Origin: Mobula hypostoma
Taxonomy: Eukaryota
Length of the DNA: 64,000 nucleotides
Direction of reading: 5' to 3'
Assembly (NCBI RefSeq): GCF_963921235.1
Contig: NC_086101.1
Location: 4,590,001 to 4,654,000 of the forward strand
Under the pieces are notes generated by a model that ran no database searches, had not been told where the DNA came from, and saw nothing but the letters and a program-made list of their open reading frames with translations. Both the position numbers and the translations under genes were made by a program. Positions 62,130-64,000 of the stretch are shown in pieces; position 1 is the stretch's first letter, and every line of letters begins with the position of its first letter.

Positions 62130-64000
62130 AGTGTCATGTTGATGAGGGCTGGAGAGGGAGTGTCATAATGAGGGAGGGCCAGAGAGGGAGTGTCATGTTG
62201 AGGAGTGTCATGTTGATGGAGTGTCATGTTGAGGAGGGTCAGAGAGGGAGTTTCATGTTGAGGAGGGCAAGAGAGGGAATGGCATGTTGAGGGAGGAACG
62301 GAGAGGGAGTTTCATGTTGAGGAGGGCTAGAGAGGGAGTGTCATGTTGAGGGAGGGGCGTAGAGGGAGTGTCCTGTTGAGGAGTGTCATGTTGAGGGAGG
62401 GACGGAGAGGGAATGTCATGTTGAGGAGGGACAGAGAGGGAGTGTCATGTTGAGGGAGGAACGGAGAGGGAGTGTCATGTTGAGGAGGGTCGGAGAGGGA
62501 GTGTCATGTTGAGGGAGGGACGGAGAGGGAGTGTCATGTTGAGGGAGGGATGGAGAGGGAGTGTCATGTTGAGGGAGGGACGGAGAGGGAATGTCATGTT
62601 GAGGAGGGACGGAGAGGGAGTGTCATGTTGAGGAGGGACGGAGAGGGAGTGTCATGTTGAGGGAGGGCCGGAGAGGGAGTGTCATGTTGAGGGAGGGATG
62701 GAGAGGGAGTGTCATGTTGAGGAGGGTCAGAGAGGGAGTGTCATGTTGAGGGAGGGTCGGAGAGGGAGTGTCATGTTGAGGGAGGGACGGAGAGGGAGTG
62801 TCATGTTGAGGGAGGGTCGGAGAGGGAGTGTCATGTTGAGGGAGGGACGGAGAGGGAGTGTCATGTTGAGGGAGGGTCAGAGAGGGAGTGTCATGTTGAG
62901 GGAGGGTCGAAGAGGGAGTGTCATGTTGAGGAGGGTCGGAGAGGGAGTGTCATGTTGAGGAGGGTCGGAGAGGGAGTGTCATGTTGAGGAGTGTCATGTT
63001 GAGGGAGTGTCATGTTGAGGGAGGAACGGAGAGGGAGTGTCATGTTGAGGGAGGGACGGAGAGGGAGTGTCATGTTGAGGAGTGTTGGAGAGGGAGAGTC
63101 ATGTTGAGGAGTGTCATGTTGAGGGAGTGTCATGTTGAGGGAGCGACAGAGAGGGAGTGTCATGTTGAGGGAGGGACAGAGAGGGAGGTCATGTTGAGGA
63201 GGGACAGAGAGGGAGTGTCATGTTGAGGAGGGACAGAGAGGGAGTGTCATGTTGAGGGAGGGACAGAGAGGGAGGTCATGTTGAGGAGTGTTGGAGAGGG
63301 AGAGTCATGTTGAGGGAGTGTCATGTTGAGGGAGGGACAGAGAGGGAGGTCATGTTGAGGAGTGTTGGAGAGGGAGAGTCATGTTGAGGGAGGGACAGAG
63401 AGGGAGTGTCATGTTGAGGAAGGACGGAGAGGGAGTGTCATGTTGAGGGAGGGACGGAGAGGGAGGTCATGTTGAGGAGGGACAGAGAGGGAGTGTCATG
63501 TTGAGGAGGGACAGAGAGGGAGTGTCATGTTGAGGGAGGGACAGAGAGGGAGGTCATGTTGAGGAGTGTTGGAGAGGGAGAGTCATGTTGAGGGAGTGTC
63601 ATGTTGAGGGAGGGACAGAGAGGGAGGTCATGTTGAGGAGTGTTGGAGAGGGAGAGTCATGTTGAGGGAGTGTCATGTTGAGGGAGGGACAGAGAGGGAG
63701 GTCATGTTGAGGAGTGTTGGAGAGGGAGAGTCATGTTGAGGGAGTGTCATGTTGAGGGAGGGACAGAGAGGGAGGTCATGTTGAGGAGTGTTGGAGAGGG
63801 AGTGTCATGTTGAGGGAGGGACAGAGAGGGAGTGTCATGTTGAGGAAGGACGGAGAGGGAGTGTCATGTTGAGGAAGGACGGAGAGGGAGTGTCATGTTG
63901 AGGGAGGGACGGAGAGGGAGTGTCATGTTGAGGAAGGACGGAGAGGGAGTGTCATGTTGAGGGAGGGACGGAGAGGGAATGTCATGTTGAGGGAGGGACA
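62130..64000. repeat. ~30-bp purine-rich minisatellite (GAGAGGGAGTGTCATGTTGAGGGAGGGACG) running off the window end
   Basis: Directly visible; degenerate lead-in from ~61975. Confidence 0.95.

Overview
Eukaryotic, repeat-dense vertebrate genomic DNA. The abundance of CR1 LINEs, HE1/V-type tRNA SINEs, Penelope-like fragments and A33/NF7/TRIM69-like TRIM genes points to a cartilaginous fish, probably a ray (inference). Two partial, convergent TRIM genes with a C-terminal B30.2 (PRY-SPRY) domain can be assembled from canonical GT-AG exons. Gene 1 (+) has exons at 7733-7828, 8999-9232, 11931-11953, 12051-12163 and 21675-22228. Gene 2 (-) has exons at 61692-61670, 61582-61473 and 49547-49003. No RING/B-box exon was found for either gene, so both presumably lie outside the window. 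The rest is nested transposons: CR1 (including one near-intact full-length copy at ~37171-41535), Rex/Babar, L2, Tx1, RTE-related, Penelope with hammerhead-like motifs, Tc1, hAT MITEs, a solo LTR and SINEs. Several tandem arrays are themselves derived from transposon pieces. The most notable signal is a canonical -1 frameshift heptamer (U_UUA_AAC) in phase at the ORF1/ORF2 junction of two divergent CR1 subfamilies, where ORF2 has no in-frame AUG ahead of the endonuclease domain. Repeat boundaries are approximate and were read by eye.
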